Shown here: positions 49,903 through 64,000 of the stretch, piece after piece
How the letters are laid out: every line of letters begins with the position of its first letter
How positions within the stretch are numbered: position 1 is the stretch's first letter
Made by a program: the position numbers and the translations under genes
Notes under the pieces: generated by a model
Database searches by the model: none
The model's input: only the letters and a program-made list of their open reading frames with translations
What the model was told of the DNA's origin: nothing
Assembly: GCA_049517295.1 (NCBI GenBank)
Contig: JBEKSF010000007.1
Coordinates: forward strand, 7,153-71,152
Source of the DNA: Verrucomicrobiota bacterium
GTDB taxonomy: Bacteria > Verrucomicrobiota > Verrucomicrobiia > Limisphaerales > Palsa-1400
Direction of reading: 5' to 3'
DNA: 64,000 nt

Positions 49903-52239
49903 ATTGGAGCCGGCCAGATTTGGCAACGTCTCCTCATGAAACTTATGAAAACAAGATTGTGCGTATGTATTCTCCTGCTGGCAGCGGCGGCGCGGGCGCA
50001 AACCAACTCCCTCACCACGCTTTTGCAACAGGGCCTCTTCGAAGAACAGGCCAACCGCAACCTCGATGCCGCCATTGCGGATTACCAGTCGCTTGCCATC
50101 CAATTTGACAAGGACCGGCAGATTGCGGCGACGGCGGTTTTCCGGCTGGGGGAATGTTACCGGACACAAGGCAAGACCAATGAAGCCGCGCTCCAATACC
50201 AGCGAATCCTGCGCGACTTTTCCGATCAGAAAGCGCTCGCGACGTTAAGCCGGCAAAACCTGGCGGGACTTGGAGCGACCGCGCCTGAAACGAAGCCGTC
50301 CGGGATTGCTGTTGCCGCCAGCGCACCGACCGACGACGAGGAGATCGAAATCCGCAGGATTCAGGAAATGATTCAGAACAGCCCGGATTTGATCAATGGG
50401 CTGGGTTACGGAAGCACGAGCGCGCCTCTTATCCAGGCCGCCCTTTCCGATCATCTTCGAGTTGCAAGCTACCTTTTGGACCATCAAGCAAAAATGGATG
50501 TCAGAGGCGATTCGGGTGACACACCGCTGACGGCAGCCGCCGCCCACGGACACAGGGCAATGGTGGAATTGCTTTTGAGCCGCGGCGCGGATGTCAACAC
50601 GAAGGGCGAGGGCGGTGACACGGCGCTGCATCAAGCTGCCCGGCGTGGATTTCAAGGCGTCGCGGAAGTCTTGCTGGCCAACAAAGCCGACGTGAACGCG
50701 CGGGACAATTCAGGAGACACGCCGCTTCATTCCGCCGCGGGGAACGGCCACGCGATAATTGTCCAGATGCTTGTGGATGCCGGAGCAAATCCGAATGTGG
50801 AGGATAACAATGGAATAACACCCTTAAGCTACGCCGCGAAAAGCGGTTCGCCGGAAACGGTGAGAATTCTATTGGCTGCGAGGGCCGATCCGAACGGCGG
50901 CAAGCGCGAGGCGCCGTTGCTCTGCGCCATTCACACACAGGATGCCGCCTCCGCCGAACTGTTGCTGCGAAACGGCGCCAATCCAAATGCGAAGGGAATA
51001 TTTGCCAATGGCAACTTCCAGCCCACGCCGTTATTGCTCGCCATTTCGGAAAACCAGCTTCCGATGGCGCAACTGCTTCTCAAATACAAGGCCGACCCGA
51101 ACGATACGCAAACCGATGGAAGACCGCTGTTGTTCAGCGCAGTGGACAAGACCGATATTCTCCGAGCGCTGCTGGAGGCGGGCGCAAAGGCCGATGTGCG
51201 AGACACAATCGGCAATTCCGCGGCTCGGACGCCACTGGATGTTGCGGTCCGTTTGAATAATGCCGCGGCTGTGGAAGTCCTCTTGAAACACGGGGCGGAT
51301 CCGAACGTTCGTGACGCAGACGGCGACACGGCCTTGCACTCGGCGGTATATCGGCTGGCGGACCGCAAAATCTTCGAGTTGTTGCTCAACTACAAAGCGG
51401 ATCCGAATGTGAGAATCAATGAGGGCCCAACGCCATTGGATTATCTCAAACAGAACAACAACAAGGCCGCCGCCGGGGAAATCGCCGAATTGCTGCGAGA
51501 GCACGGCGCGCTGGATCATCCGGCCAATTGGGACCGCATCGAGGTGAGGCGACCCGCGGCCAATGCCAGGTTCACGATCTTCCGAAAGGGCACCAATGAC
51601 TGGAATCGGTTCACATTGCTGGAAACGATTCTCAATAATTATTGCGAGTGGGGACAAGGGTTGGGTTTTTCTCCAGCTCGCGTTGCGCCGAGGTTCACGT
51701 TCCCGGGTGTACCTTGGGGGGCCATTCCTATCAATTCCAGGATTCCGTTTCCCGACCTGTCGCGAATCATCATCGCGCGTCCGAGCCATGACTCCACCAA
51801 TGAAGCGCGCATTGCGGTCAACCTGCTCAACGCCACGAATGGAATTGACTGCTCGAAAGACGTGACATTGGAGTTCGGCGACGTGGTGGAAATCCCGGAA
51901 CGCGATCATCCATTGGGGGACCAGCCGGTTGGATTGACTGACAGCCAGCGCGACACCATTGTCAACTATTTGAAAGGAATCGCCCAACTGGCCGTGCGGG
52001 ATCAAAAAGCCGAGCTTCCGCTTTATCCCGTTGGCGATCAGTCAACCATCGGCGTTGTGCTCGGCAAGCCGGAAGCGCAAAAGCTTTTGTTGTCTTCCTC
52101 CGACCTCTCGCGAGTGAAGGTGATTCGCCGCGATCCGAAAGCCGGAACGCGGCGCGAATGGATTCTGGATTGCGCCACGTCACCATCCAACTTCCGGCTG
52201 CGCGATGGCGACGTGATTGAAGTGCCGGAGAAACCATAA
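49897..52239 (+). CDS. Secreted TPR-like + ankyrin-repeat protein with C-terminal beta-grasp (SLBB-like) modules
   Basis: It shares an ATGA overlap with the RR stop. The signal peptide is MKLMKTRLCVCILLLAAAARAQ. There are about 9 ankyrin repeats (GDTPLHSAAGNGHAIIVQMLVDAGANPN and similar). The C-terminal motifs are FGDVVEIPER and LRDGDVIEVPEK. Confidence 0.8.
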   Translation: MTIGAGQIWQRLLMKLMKTRLCVCILLLAAAARAQTNSLTTLLQQGLFEEQANRNLDAAIADYQSLAIQFDKDRQIAATAVFRLGECYRTQGKTNEAALQYQRILRDFSDQKALATLSRQNLAGLGATAPETKPSGIAVAASAPTDDEEIEIRRIQEMIQNSPDLINGLGYGSTSAPLIQAALSDHLRVASYLLDHQAKMDVRGDSGDTPLTAAAAHGHRAMVELLLSRGADVNTKGEGGDTALHQAARRGFQGVAEVLLANKADVNARDNSGDTPLHSAAGNGHAIIVQMLVDAGANPNVEDNNGITPLSYAAKSGSPETVRILLAARADPNGGKREAPLLCAIHTQDAASAELLLRNGANPNAKGIFANGNFQPTPLLLAISENQLPMAQLLLKYKADPNDTQTDGRPLLFSAVDKTDILRALLEAGAKADVRDTIGNSAARTPLDVAVRLNNAAAVEVLLKHGADPNVRDADGDTALHSAVYRLADRKIFELLLNYKADPNVRINEGPTPLDYLKQNNNKAAAGEIAELLREHGALDHPANWDRIEVRRPAANARFTIFRKGTNDWNRFTLLETILNNYCEWGQGLGFSPARVAPRFTFPGVPWGAIPINSRIPFPDLSRIIIARPSHDSTNEARIAVNLLNATNGIDCSKDVTLEFGDVVEIPERDHPLGDQPVGLTDSQRDTIVNYLKGIAQLAVRDQKAELPLYPVGDQSTIGVVLGKPEAQKLLLSSSDLSRVKVIRRDPKAGTRREWILDCATSPSNFRLRDGDVIEVPEKP

Positions 52240-52258
52240 TCTCCACCAATCGCACGAA

Positions 52259-54355
52259 TTACTTTTCGTTTTCGGGCTTCTTCTCGCTCGAAGACGATTT
52301 GGAACCCGGCGCGCCTTTGGAACCGGCTGGCGGCGTCTTGGATGGCACTGAGGCGCCAGGACGCGAAGCGCCGGGCGTGCCGGGCCGGTTGGCGGAGGGA
52401 GTTTCGCCAGCGCGATGATCGGGCGTTCGCGCGGCGAGTTGCGGATGTTCCGCGCGCCTGGCATCAAAGTTGTGACGTTCCTCGGCGTGACGCATGTCCT
52501 CGGCGTGCCGGACGGCGACCTCGCGGTGGGTGAAGGCGGCCATGCGTTCGCGGCCCATTCCTTCTGCCACAAATCGGCCGTGGTCCATGCGGTAGCCGTT
52601 ATGGATCGCGCTGTGCTCAAAGAAGAACCGCGCGCGGTCCGGCGGGAAAGCGTAGCCACGATAATCGTGGTCCCAGAAATGATCGCGTCCGACGAACACG
52701 AAGGCGCCGAAGCCCAGCCCGAAATCGACATCCAGCGCCACGCCGCCGTGGAAGGTCAGGCCGACTCCCACTTCAAAGCGAGCGTCCCAAGGCAATGGCG
52801 CCCAGCCCATGGCGCCATCGGCCTCGGCGTAACGCCAGCAGACCCAGGCTGGCGCCCAGTCATAGGCGGGAGCCCAAGCCCAGACGAAACCGGTGCGGGC
52901 GTCGTTGACCCAGCGGCCATAGTGGAAGGCGATTTCACCCCACGGATAATCGGATTGCCAAAACCAGCCGGCGTCGGTGTATTCCCAGTGGCCGGAATTG
53001 AAATAGGGACGCCAACCGGGATCGGATGCGTCGTTGGGCACCCAGCAAGCGCCGATGCCTGGGGCATCAATCCAATGGCCGTAAGGCGACAATTGCGCCT
53101 GGAAATAGTCGAAGGTAGGCGTCGCGGGAGGGGCGGCGGGCGCCACCGCGACCGGCGGGGCCAAGGGAGTGAGTTGCACCGAATTCCAAGCGGCGAAGGT
53201 CGGGCCATTGCGGTCCGCCAACACAACATAGAACGGCCCCATGCCCACCGGCATCCCGGCGCGCGCGCCCAAAGTCACGCCCGCGGCGTCGAGGAAAGCG
53301 ACCGAAGCCATGCCATCGGTGCCCACGGTCATCTGGATGGTGTAGGGCACGCCGGCGCGAGGAAACTCAAAGAGCTTTTGGCCCAACAGGGAAATGGGCA
53401 GGCCGCTGGAGGTGAAATTGACCCAGACGCCATGGTCGGGCGAGGGCCCTCTTCCCAACGGGATGTTAAGACCGCCGTGAAAGAAACCGGTCCCGCCGCC
53501 CAGGCGCACGTCGCCGCCGCCGTGGCCCGCGCCGCCCAAATGGCCGGCCAGACTGAGCCATTGGCGCAAATCGGCGCTGACCAAATAGACTTCAAAGGGA
53601 ATGGCCTCCTCCGCCAAGCCGGTCACCGTGGCTGTCAAACTAAAAGGAGCCGGATAGGCACTGAGCGATTGAATGCCCGTAAACTGCCCCGGGCCGCTGA
53701 CGCCGGACATTTGCATGCCGGCCGGGGAGAAGGCAAGGGAGGGGAAAATGACGGGGGAACCGTGAACGGCGGCCAGACTGGACAACAGGCTTGATTGCGC
53801 GGCCCAGAGGGACGGATTCAGAGCGCCCTCGGCCGCAAAGGTATCGAACAACCCGGGAGGCGGGGCGGATTGATAAACGGGAGCGGGTGCGGGTGCCGGA
53901 ACGGGAACGGGCGCCATTGCGGGAGTCGGCGCCGGTGCCGGTGCGGGCACGGGAGCGGGCGCGGGCGCCGGTGCGGGCGCGGGCGCGGGCGCTGGGGCCG
54001 GAGCGGGCGTCGGCGCAGTGGAAGCGGATTGGAGGAGGGCGCTGAGCACCGCTTGCGAAACGCCCTGGCCATTGAGATAAAGCATGTCGTCGGCGCTCAC
54101 TGTGTAGTGTTTGCCGGAGTTTTTGATATAGGCCAGAATCACGTCGTCGGTCATGTGGGCCTGTGTAAACTTGACGACTTCCTGCAAATCCGGAGAGAGG
54201 TTGGTCGATGTGGTTTGCGCCCAGCACACCGCGCCGGCCGTCAGGCAAACCCAAGCCGCGACAGTGGCGGCGCACACGGTGAGAACGCGAATTTTTCGAT
54301 CAATAAAGTTCATCGTTTTCATATTCATAATGTGTCCAAAGCTGATGCCATCCAT
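52259..54355 (-). CDS. Secreted protein with (Ala-Pro)n linker and Trp/Gly-rich C-terminal domain (DUF6600-like)
   Basis: 698 aa with a signal peptide. The linker is APTPAPAPAPAPAPAPAPAPAPVPAPAPAP... The C-terminal region is GHWEYTDAGWFWQSDYPWGEIAFHYGRWV...WAPAWVCW. The start is uncertain (ATGs at 54355, 54328, 54322, 54313). Confidence 0.6.
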   Translation of the reverse strand: MDGISFGHIMNMKTMNFIDRKIRVLTVCAATVAAWVCLTAGAVCWAQTTSTNLSPDLQEVVKFTQAHMTDDVILAYIKNSGKHYTVSADDMLYLNGQGVSQAVLSALLQSASTAPTPAPAPAPAPAPAPAPAPAPVPAPAPAPTPAMAPVPVPAPAPAPVYQSAPPPGLFDTFAAEGALNPSLWAAQSSLLSSLAAVHGSPVIFPSLAFSPAGMQMSGVSGPGQFTGIQSLSAYPAPFSLTATVTGLAEEAIPFEVYLVSADLRQWLSLAGHLGGAGHGGGDVRLGGGTGFFHGGLNIPLGRGPSPDHGVWVNFTSSGLPISLLGQKLFEFPRAGVPYTIQMTVGTDGMASVAFLDAAGVTLGARAGMPVGMGPFYVVLADRNGPTFAAWNSVQLTPLAPPVAVAPAAPPATPTFDYFQAQLSPYGHWIDAPGIGACWVPNDASDPGWRPYFNSGHWEYTDAGWFWQSDYPWGEIAFHYGRWVNDARTGFVWAWAPAYDWAPAWVCWRYAEADGAMGWAPLPWDARFEVGVGLTFHGGVALDVDFGLGFGAFVFVGRDHFWDHDYRGYAFPPDRARFFFEHSAIHNGYRMDHGRFVAEGMGRERMAAFTHREVAVRHAEDMRHAEERHNFDARRAEHPQLAARTPDHRAGETPSANRPGTPGASRPGASVPSKTPPAGSKGAPGSKSSSSEKKPENEK
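53879..54012 (-). repeat. GC-only hexanucleotide-type low-complexity tract encoding the (AP)n linker
   Basis: Runs of gcgggc/gcgggt/gccggt units are read directly in the sequence. Confidence 0.8.
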
Positions 54356-54590
54356 TCAACAGCCCATACGCGCCTGGAAGACAAATCTTGCGTGGCAACC
54401 ATTCGGGCTGGCGGAAAAATGTCAAGCCGTCACTCGCAATCGTTTGCGGTCGGCCCCGCGCCATTGTGGCGTCCATGAAGCCTCTTCAAGGCAGGACTCC
54501 TACCTGATAAGATGCGCCAAAACGCCGCCGGCGCAAGCAGGAAAAAAGGCGCGGCAATGACCGGGCGCATTTCATTTTCTTCGACTTGGC

Positions 54591-54763
54591 GCCGCGGTTT
54601 GATGTGGAGTGCGGCGGCAAGAGGGAACAGGGGCGCAACGCCGCTTTGATGCGGGGCGATTTCGGCCGCCTCGGAATGTCCAGGCGCCTCTGTATAGTCG
54701 AAAGCGGTGTCGCCGCTAGCTCTGCCACCGCACTCCACAAAAGAGGCGCCAAAAAAACTGATA
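54591..54763 (-). mobile_element. ~170-bp MITE-like / structured repeat, copy B (inverted relative to copy A)
   Basis: The reverse complement aligns with 30127-30294. The terminal inverted repeats GTGGAGTGCGGCGGCA (54604-54619) and TGCCACCGCACTCCAC (54723-54738) match 15/16. It is intergenic, upstream of tig. Confidence 0.65.
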
Positions 54764-54916
54764 TGCCCCCTCGGCGTGTCGGGCCGGGTTTGATGGCTTG
54801 ACGGCGGCGGCGGCGCTACATAGCTTGTGCAACTCGCGGACGGACGATCCCACGACTGTGGGGTGAGTGATGAGAAGGTCAACCACGGAGCCGCCTCAGC
54901 GAACGGAAAGGAACTT

Positions 54917-56233
54917 GTGAATGTAACGGCAGAAAACTTGGGAGCTTGCAAACGGTTGCTTCGGGTGGAAGTCGAGGCGGAAAAGGTGGAGGAGGCCTTT
55001 AAAGAGGTCGCCGCCGAATTTCAGCGCGAAGTCCGCCTGCCCGGCTTCCGTCCGGGCAAGGCGCCCAAGGAAATGGTGGCCAAACGGTTTGAGAACGAAA
55101 TCCGGGACGAGGTCAAGCGCAAGCTCATAGCCGATTCGTTTAAGGCGGCTGTGGCCGAACAGAAACTCACCTTGGTCGGGCGGCCGGAGGTGGAGGAAAT
55201 CCAGTTCAACCGCGGAGAACCGTTGCAATTTGCCGCCAACGTGGAAATCGCCCCGCAATTTGAATTGCCCGAATACAAGGGGATTCCGGCGATCCGGGAG
55301 ATGGCGTCGGTGACATCCGAAGACATCGAACGGGCGTTGCACGTGCTGGCGGAGCGGCAGGCGAAGTATCAGACGGTGGCGCGCGAATTGAAGGAGGGCG
55401 ACGTGGCGGTGGTCAATTACACCGGAACGTGCGACGGCAAGCCGATCACCGACACGGCCCCGACGGCGCGCGGCCTGACGGAGAGCAAGAATTTCTGGGT
55501 GATCGTGGACAGGAATTCATTCATCGCCGGTTTTGGCATCCAACTCATTGGGATGAAGGCGGGCGAAAAGCGATCGATTACGGTCGATTTTCCGTCCGAT
55601 TTCGTCGTGCCGCAACTGGCGGGCAAGAAAGGCGCATACGAGGTGGAGTTGGTGGAGGGCAAGGAGAAAGTAATGCCGGCGCTGGACCAGGAGTTTGCCA
55701 AGTCCTACGGGGCCGAGAGCGTGGAAAAACTGCGGGAAGGGGTGCGGGCGGATTTGCAGAATGAGTTGAACTCGAAGCAAAGCCGCAGCATCCGCAACCA
55801 GGTCAGCCAGCACTTGCTCAACAAAATCCACTGCGACCTGCCGGAGTCATTGGTCGAGGACGAGACGCGCGGCATCGTCTATAACATCGTCAGCGAGCAG
55901 CAGCAGCGCGGGGTGCTCAAGGAGGCGATCGACGCCCAAAAGGAGCAGATTTACGCCACGGCCAACAATGTCGCCAAACAGCGGGTCAAAGCGTCGTTTG
56001 TATTTCAGCAGGTGGCCGAGAAGGAGGGAGTGCGAGTCGATCAATTCGAAATCGCCCGCCGCTTGCAGGATTTGGCCGTCCAGTACAAGGTGCCGGTGGA
56101 CAAGCTGGCGAAGGACTTTGAGAAAAGCGGCCGGCTGTCGGAGATTTACAGCCAGATTCTCAACGAGAAAGTGGTTGATCTGCTGGTGCAATTCGCGCGC
56201 ATCCAGGACGCGCCCGCCGGGCCTGCGGCCTGA
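54917..56233 (+). CDS. tig: Trigger factor
   Basis: The GTG 54917 start gives VNVTAENLGACKRLLRVEVEAEKVEEAFKEVAAEFQREVRLPGFRPGKAPKEMV, with the GFRxGxxP ribosome-binding motif. A central FKBP-like domain and a C-terminal arm domain follow. The ORF track start 54827 lies within the repeat flank. Confidence 0.9.
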   Translation: MNVTAENLGACKRLLRVEVEAEKVEEAFKEVAAEFQREVRLPGFRPGKAPKEMVAKRFENEIRDEVKRKLIADSFKAAVAEQKLTLVGRPEVEEIQFNRGEPLQFAANVEIAPQFELPEYKGIPAIREMASVTSEDIERALHVLAERQAKYQTVARELKEGDVAVVNYTGTCDGKPITDTAPTARGLTESKNFWVIVDRNSFIAGFGIQLIGMKAGEKRSITVDFPSDFVVPQLAGKKGAYEVELVEGKEKVMPALDQEFAKSYGAESVEKLREGVRADLQNELNSKQSRSIRNQVSQHLLNKIHCDLPESLVEDETRGIVYNIVSEQQQRGVLKEAIDAQKEQIYATANNVAKQRVKASFVFQQVAEKEGVRVDQFEIARRLQDLAVQYKVPVDKLAKDFEKSGRLSEIYSQILNEKVVDLLVQFARIQDAPAGPAA

Positions 56234-56271
56234 GGCTGGCGCGGGCCGCTGCCGGCGTACGGGGACTTGGT

Positions 56272-56568
56272 TCAGTCGAACCGCAACTCGGACAGGTTCA
56301 TCGTGCCTGGTTTGCTCTCAAATTTGGCCCTGGCCTTGCGCCGTGCGGCGTCAAAGTGCTCGCGCGTCAGCGCTTCCTCCGGCCCGCTGTCGAGGGACTC
56401 CTGAATCAGTCGATCCACTGTCGGGGCGCTCCAGCGATCGTCCAGGTCAAAAGTGCGCTGAATGCGCGCCAAGGCTTCCTGCCCCAATGAGCGAAAGTTG
56501 GCCGCCGCCTCGCGCTGCAATTGCGCACGAAGATCCTCCGGAATATCTTTGAGCGTGATACTCGCCAT
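56272..56568 (-). CDS. Ribbon-helix-helix (Arc/FitA/VapB-like) DNA-binding protein, no adjacent toxin
   Basis: 98 aa. The N-terminus MASITLKDIPEDLRAQLQREAAANFRSLGQEALARI has the beta-strand plus two-helix pattern of RHH antitoxins. Confidence 0.55.
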   Translation of the reverse strand: MASITLKDIPEDLRAQLQREAAANFRSLGQEALARIQRTFDLDDRWSAPTVDRLIQESLDSGPEEALTREHFDAARRKARAKFESKPGTMNLSELRFD

Positions 56569-56712
56569 ATCACCAGACTAGCTCCGCCACGGAAGCAAAT
56601 CAAGGTCTCTCCCGGGCGCCCATCCGGCGACGCGCCGCCGTCTTTGCCGTGCCGGCAATGTCAATTCTATTTATTGGGCGGCGGCCCGCGGCCAGCCCGT
56701 TCTTCCGCGCCG

Positions 56713-58080
56713 TCAGCCGCGCGGGGCGTTTGGACATTCGGCGCGGTAGGCCTCGGCCAGAAGGGTGACGGGATGGACCAGGCGGACCGGGAGCTTTTGA
56801 CGACGGATGCCGTTGGCGAGATGGGCCAGGCAGCCGGGGTTGGCCGCGGCGACCACGGCCGCCCCGGTGGTAGCGATATGCAGGAGCTTTCTGTCAAGAA
56901 GCTGATTGGCCATCTCCGGCTGGATGAGATTGTAAATGCCGGCGCTGCCGCAGCACCAGGCGCTTTCCGGCAGCTCGATCAGCGTGAGATGAGGGATGGC
57001 GCGCAACAACTGGCGGGGCTGGATGGTGATTTTCTGGCCGTGACACAAATGGCAGGCCTCGTGATAGGTGACGGTCCGGGCCGGCACACCCGCGGCGGGC
57101 GGGGTGAGGCCGATGAACAGCAGCCACTCGTGTATGTCTTTGAGGCGGGCGTCCCACTGTCTGGCGCGTTCGCGGTAGGCGGGGTCGCCGGCCAGAATAC
57201 CGGCGTAGTGCCTGAGGTGCGAGCCGCAGCCGGCGGCGTTGCTGATGATGGCGTCAAAATCGGCGGGCGGGAATTGATCGATGGTTCTGCGCGCCAGTTC
57301 GCGGGCCATGCCCAGTTCGCCATTGTGCGCATGGAGGGAGCCGCAGCAATTTTGTCTTGACGGAGTGACGACTTCGCAGCCGTTGCGCGCCAGAACTTCC
57401 GCGGTGTCGCGGTTGACGTCGCTGAACATCAGGTCCTGCGCGCAGCCGGTGAGCAAGGCCACCCGGTATTTCTTCCCGCCCACAGCGGGAGTGATGGGCG
57501 GAATCATTTCGGTGGAGAAGCGGTGCTGGATGACGGGAGTCATCGCTTCCAGTTCGCGCCAGCGGCGCGGGAGCAGGTTGAGGAGGCCGCAAGCACGGAT
57601 GGCGCCCTGCAACCCCACCCGTTGATAGAGGCGGATGAGCGACCCGGCAAAACGCAGGCGCCTCAAGTCCATGAAGAGCCAGCGGATCATGAGCCAGCGG
57701 ATGAAGGATCGCTTTGGGCTGCGCAAGACACCGCTTTCCTCGGCTTCGGCGCGGGCATGCTCGAACAGTTCGGCATAATTGACCCCAGCCGGGCAGGCGG
57801 TCATGCAGGCCAGGCATCCGAGACAAAAGTACATTTCATCGGCGAACGTTTTGGCCGGTTCGAGCCGGCCATCGGCAATCGCGCGCATGAGGGCGATGCG
57901 CCCGCGCGGGCTGTGGCGCTCCAGCTTGGTGGCGTCGTAGGTTGGGCAGGTCGGCAGGCAGAGTCCGCAATGCATGCACTGCTGGACGACCGAGTAATCC
58001 AGCCCGCGCAATTGGGACAGGCGCGCGGGCGGCGGCGTTGCGGCGGCTGCGGCGGGCGGAGCGACAGTTGCGGCGGTCAT
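56713..58080 (-). CDS. (Fe-S)-binding oxidoreductase subunit, GlcF/heterodisulfide-reductase-like (2x[4Fe-4S] + two CCG domains)
   Basis: Ferredoxin-type cluster motifs are CMHCGLCLPTCP and CLGCLACMTACP. Two Cys-rich CCG motifs are present (QNCCGSLH, AWCCGSAG). The ORF track start is 58233; ATG 58080 (MTAATVAPP) is preferred. Confidence 0.75.
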   Translation of the reverse strand: MTAATVAPPAAAAATPPPARLSQLRGLDYSVVQQCMHCGLCLPTCPTYDATKLERHSPRGRIALMRAIADGRLEPAKTFADEMYFCLGCLACMTACPAGVNYAELFEHARAEAEESGVLRSPKRSFIRWLMIRWLFMDLRRLRFAGSLIRLYQRVGLQGAIRACGLLNLLPRRWRELEAMTPVIQHRFSTEMIPPITPAVGGKKYRVALLTGCAQDLMFSDVNRDTAEVLARNGCEVVTPSRQNCCGSLHAHNGELGMARELARRTIDQFPPADFDAIISNAAGCGSHLRHYAGILAGDPAYRERARQWDARLKDIHEWLLFIGLTPPAAGVPARTVTYHEACHLCHGQKITIQPRQLLRAIPHLTLIELPESAWCCGSAGIYNLIQPEMANQLLDRKLLHIATTGAAVVAAANPGCLAHLANGIRRQKLPVRLVHPVTLLAEAYRAECPNAPRG

Positions 58081-58135
58081 GTCCGGAGAATTGTCATCGA
58101 GTGAGAGCGGCGGTTCAACCCCTTTTTCGGCGGTA

Positions 58136-58167
58136 CAAAACTTTGTCCCAGATGAGACAAAGTTTTG
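58136..58167. promoter_or_regulatory. Perfect 12-bp inverted repeat CAAAACTTTGTC-N8-GACAAAGTTTTG in the leader of the GlcF-like gene
   Basis: Read directly in the sequence. It lies 56-87 nt upstream of ATG 58080. It could be an operator or an RNA hairpin. Confidence 0.4.
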
Positions 58168-58230
58168 CATGGGGTTTGCGGCAGGATGGAGGGTTCGCGT
58201 TTTTTTGAGCGATTTGGCGGCAAAGGGCGG

Positions 58231-58282
58231 CAAACAATCGCAATTATCAGCAATTGCCGGGGTTTTTGAGGGGTTTTTTGGA
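58231..58282 (-). repeat. Copy 3 of the dispersed ~45-bp A-tract/palindrome motif
   Basis: The reverse complement ccaaaaaacccctcaaaaaccccggcaattgctgataattgcgattgtttg aligns with 99-143. It is oriented toward the GlcF-like gene. Confidence 0.55.
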
Positions 58283-58363
58283 TGGGCCGAGAGAGGAACG
58301 GCTGGCGGTTTGATCCGGTTTAAGCGGATTTACGCACATCGGCGCTTCCAGAATCCTCAAACC

Positions 58364-64000
<5,637 letters not shown>

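Noticed and set aside
54430-54951. ORFs that appear conserved between loci: 54430-54951(-), 29899-30381(+), the tail of 29013-30176(+), 15948-16424(+), 28654-28929(+), 14378-14560(-) and 18859-19182(+).
   Set aside because: Their apparent conservation comes from nucleotide-level dispersed repeats (the MITE-like element, the double hairpin, the boundary repeats). They show no codon bias, no start context and no protein motifs.

Overview
High-GC chromosomal segment with a PVC/Verrucomicrobiota-like gene content. The taxon is an inference from GloVer-type tandem repeats, giant Ig-rich secreted proteins, ECF sigma factors with large C-terminal extensions and dispersed GC-hairpin repeats. About 40 CDS are supportable. 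Housekeeping genes: hprK-ptsH-gatC-gatA, gatB, pfk, trpD, tsaC/sua5, tig and one tRNA-His(GTG). Envelope and secreted genes: a 1821-aa sedolisin(S53)-GloVer-Ig protein, a >1878-aa Ig/MBG/IPT/cohesin-like protein running off the 3' window edge, a DUF1080 protein, an SGNH esterase, a TPR-HExxH protein and a transglutaminase-like protein. Regulators: three ECF sigma genes (two fused to huge extensions), HK-RR-ankyrin, REC-HDOD and a lone REC. No rRNA, CRISPR, transposase or integrase is visible. Most worth a second look: (1) a ~4.4-kb, visibly AT-richer islet directly after tRNA-His. It is bracketed by diverged ~160-bp direct repeats that contain arrays of TTTGGCACAAAA inverted repeats. It carries a RES/Xre-type toxin-antitoxin pair, a secreted serpin and an ATPase fused to a PD-(D/E)xK-like domain. 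(2) A translationally abutted pair of paralogous CydA-like membrane proteins, the first fused to a di-haem cytochrome c domain; this looks like an uncharacterised cytochrome bd-like complex. (3) A tandem-duplicated ThyX-fold protein with the ThyX motifs split between its halves, packed behind a GH-GT2-membrane fusion. (4) A shared ~60-aa C-terminal domain on both giant proteins, possibly a sorting signal. (5) Several families of small dispersed repeats: a 170-bp MITE-like element, a 41-nt double hairpin, a 45-bp A-tract/palindrome motif, (NTAATC)5 arrays flanking trpD and a 19-nt identical motif in the two-component operon. All functional calls rest on motifs read by eye. No searches were run.
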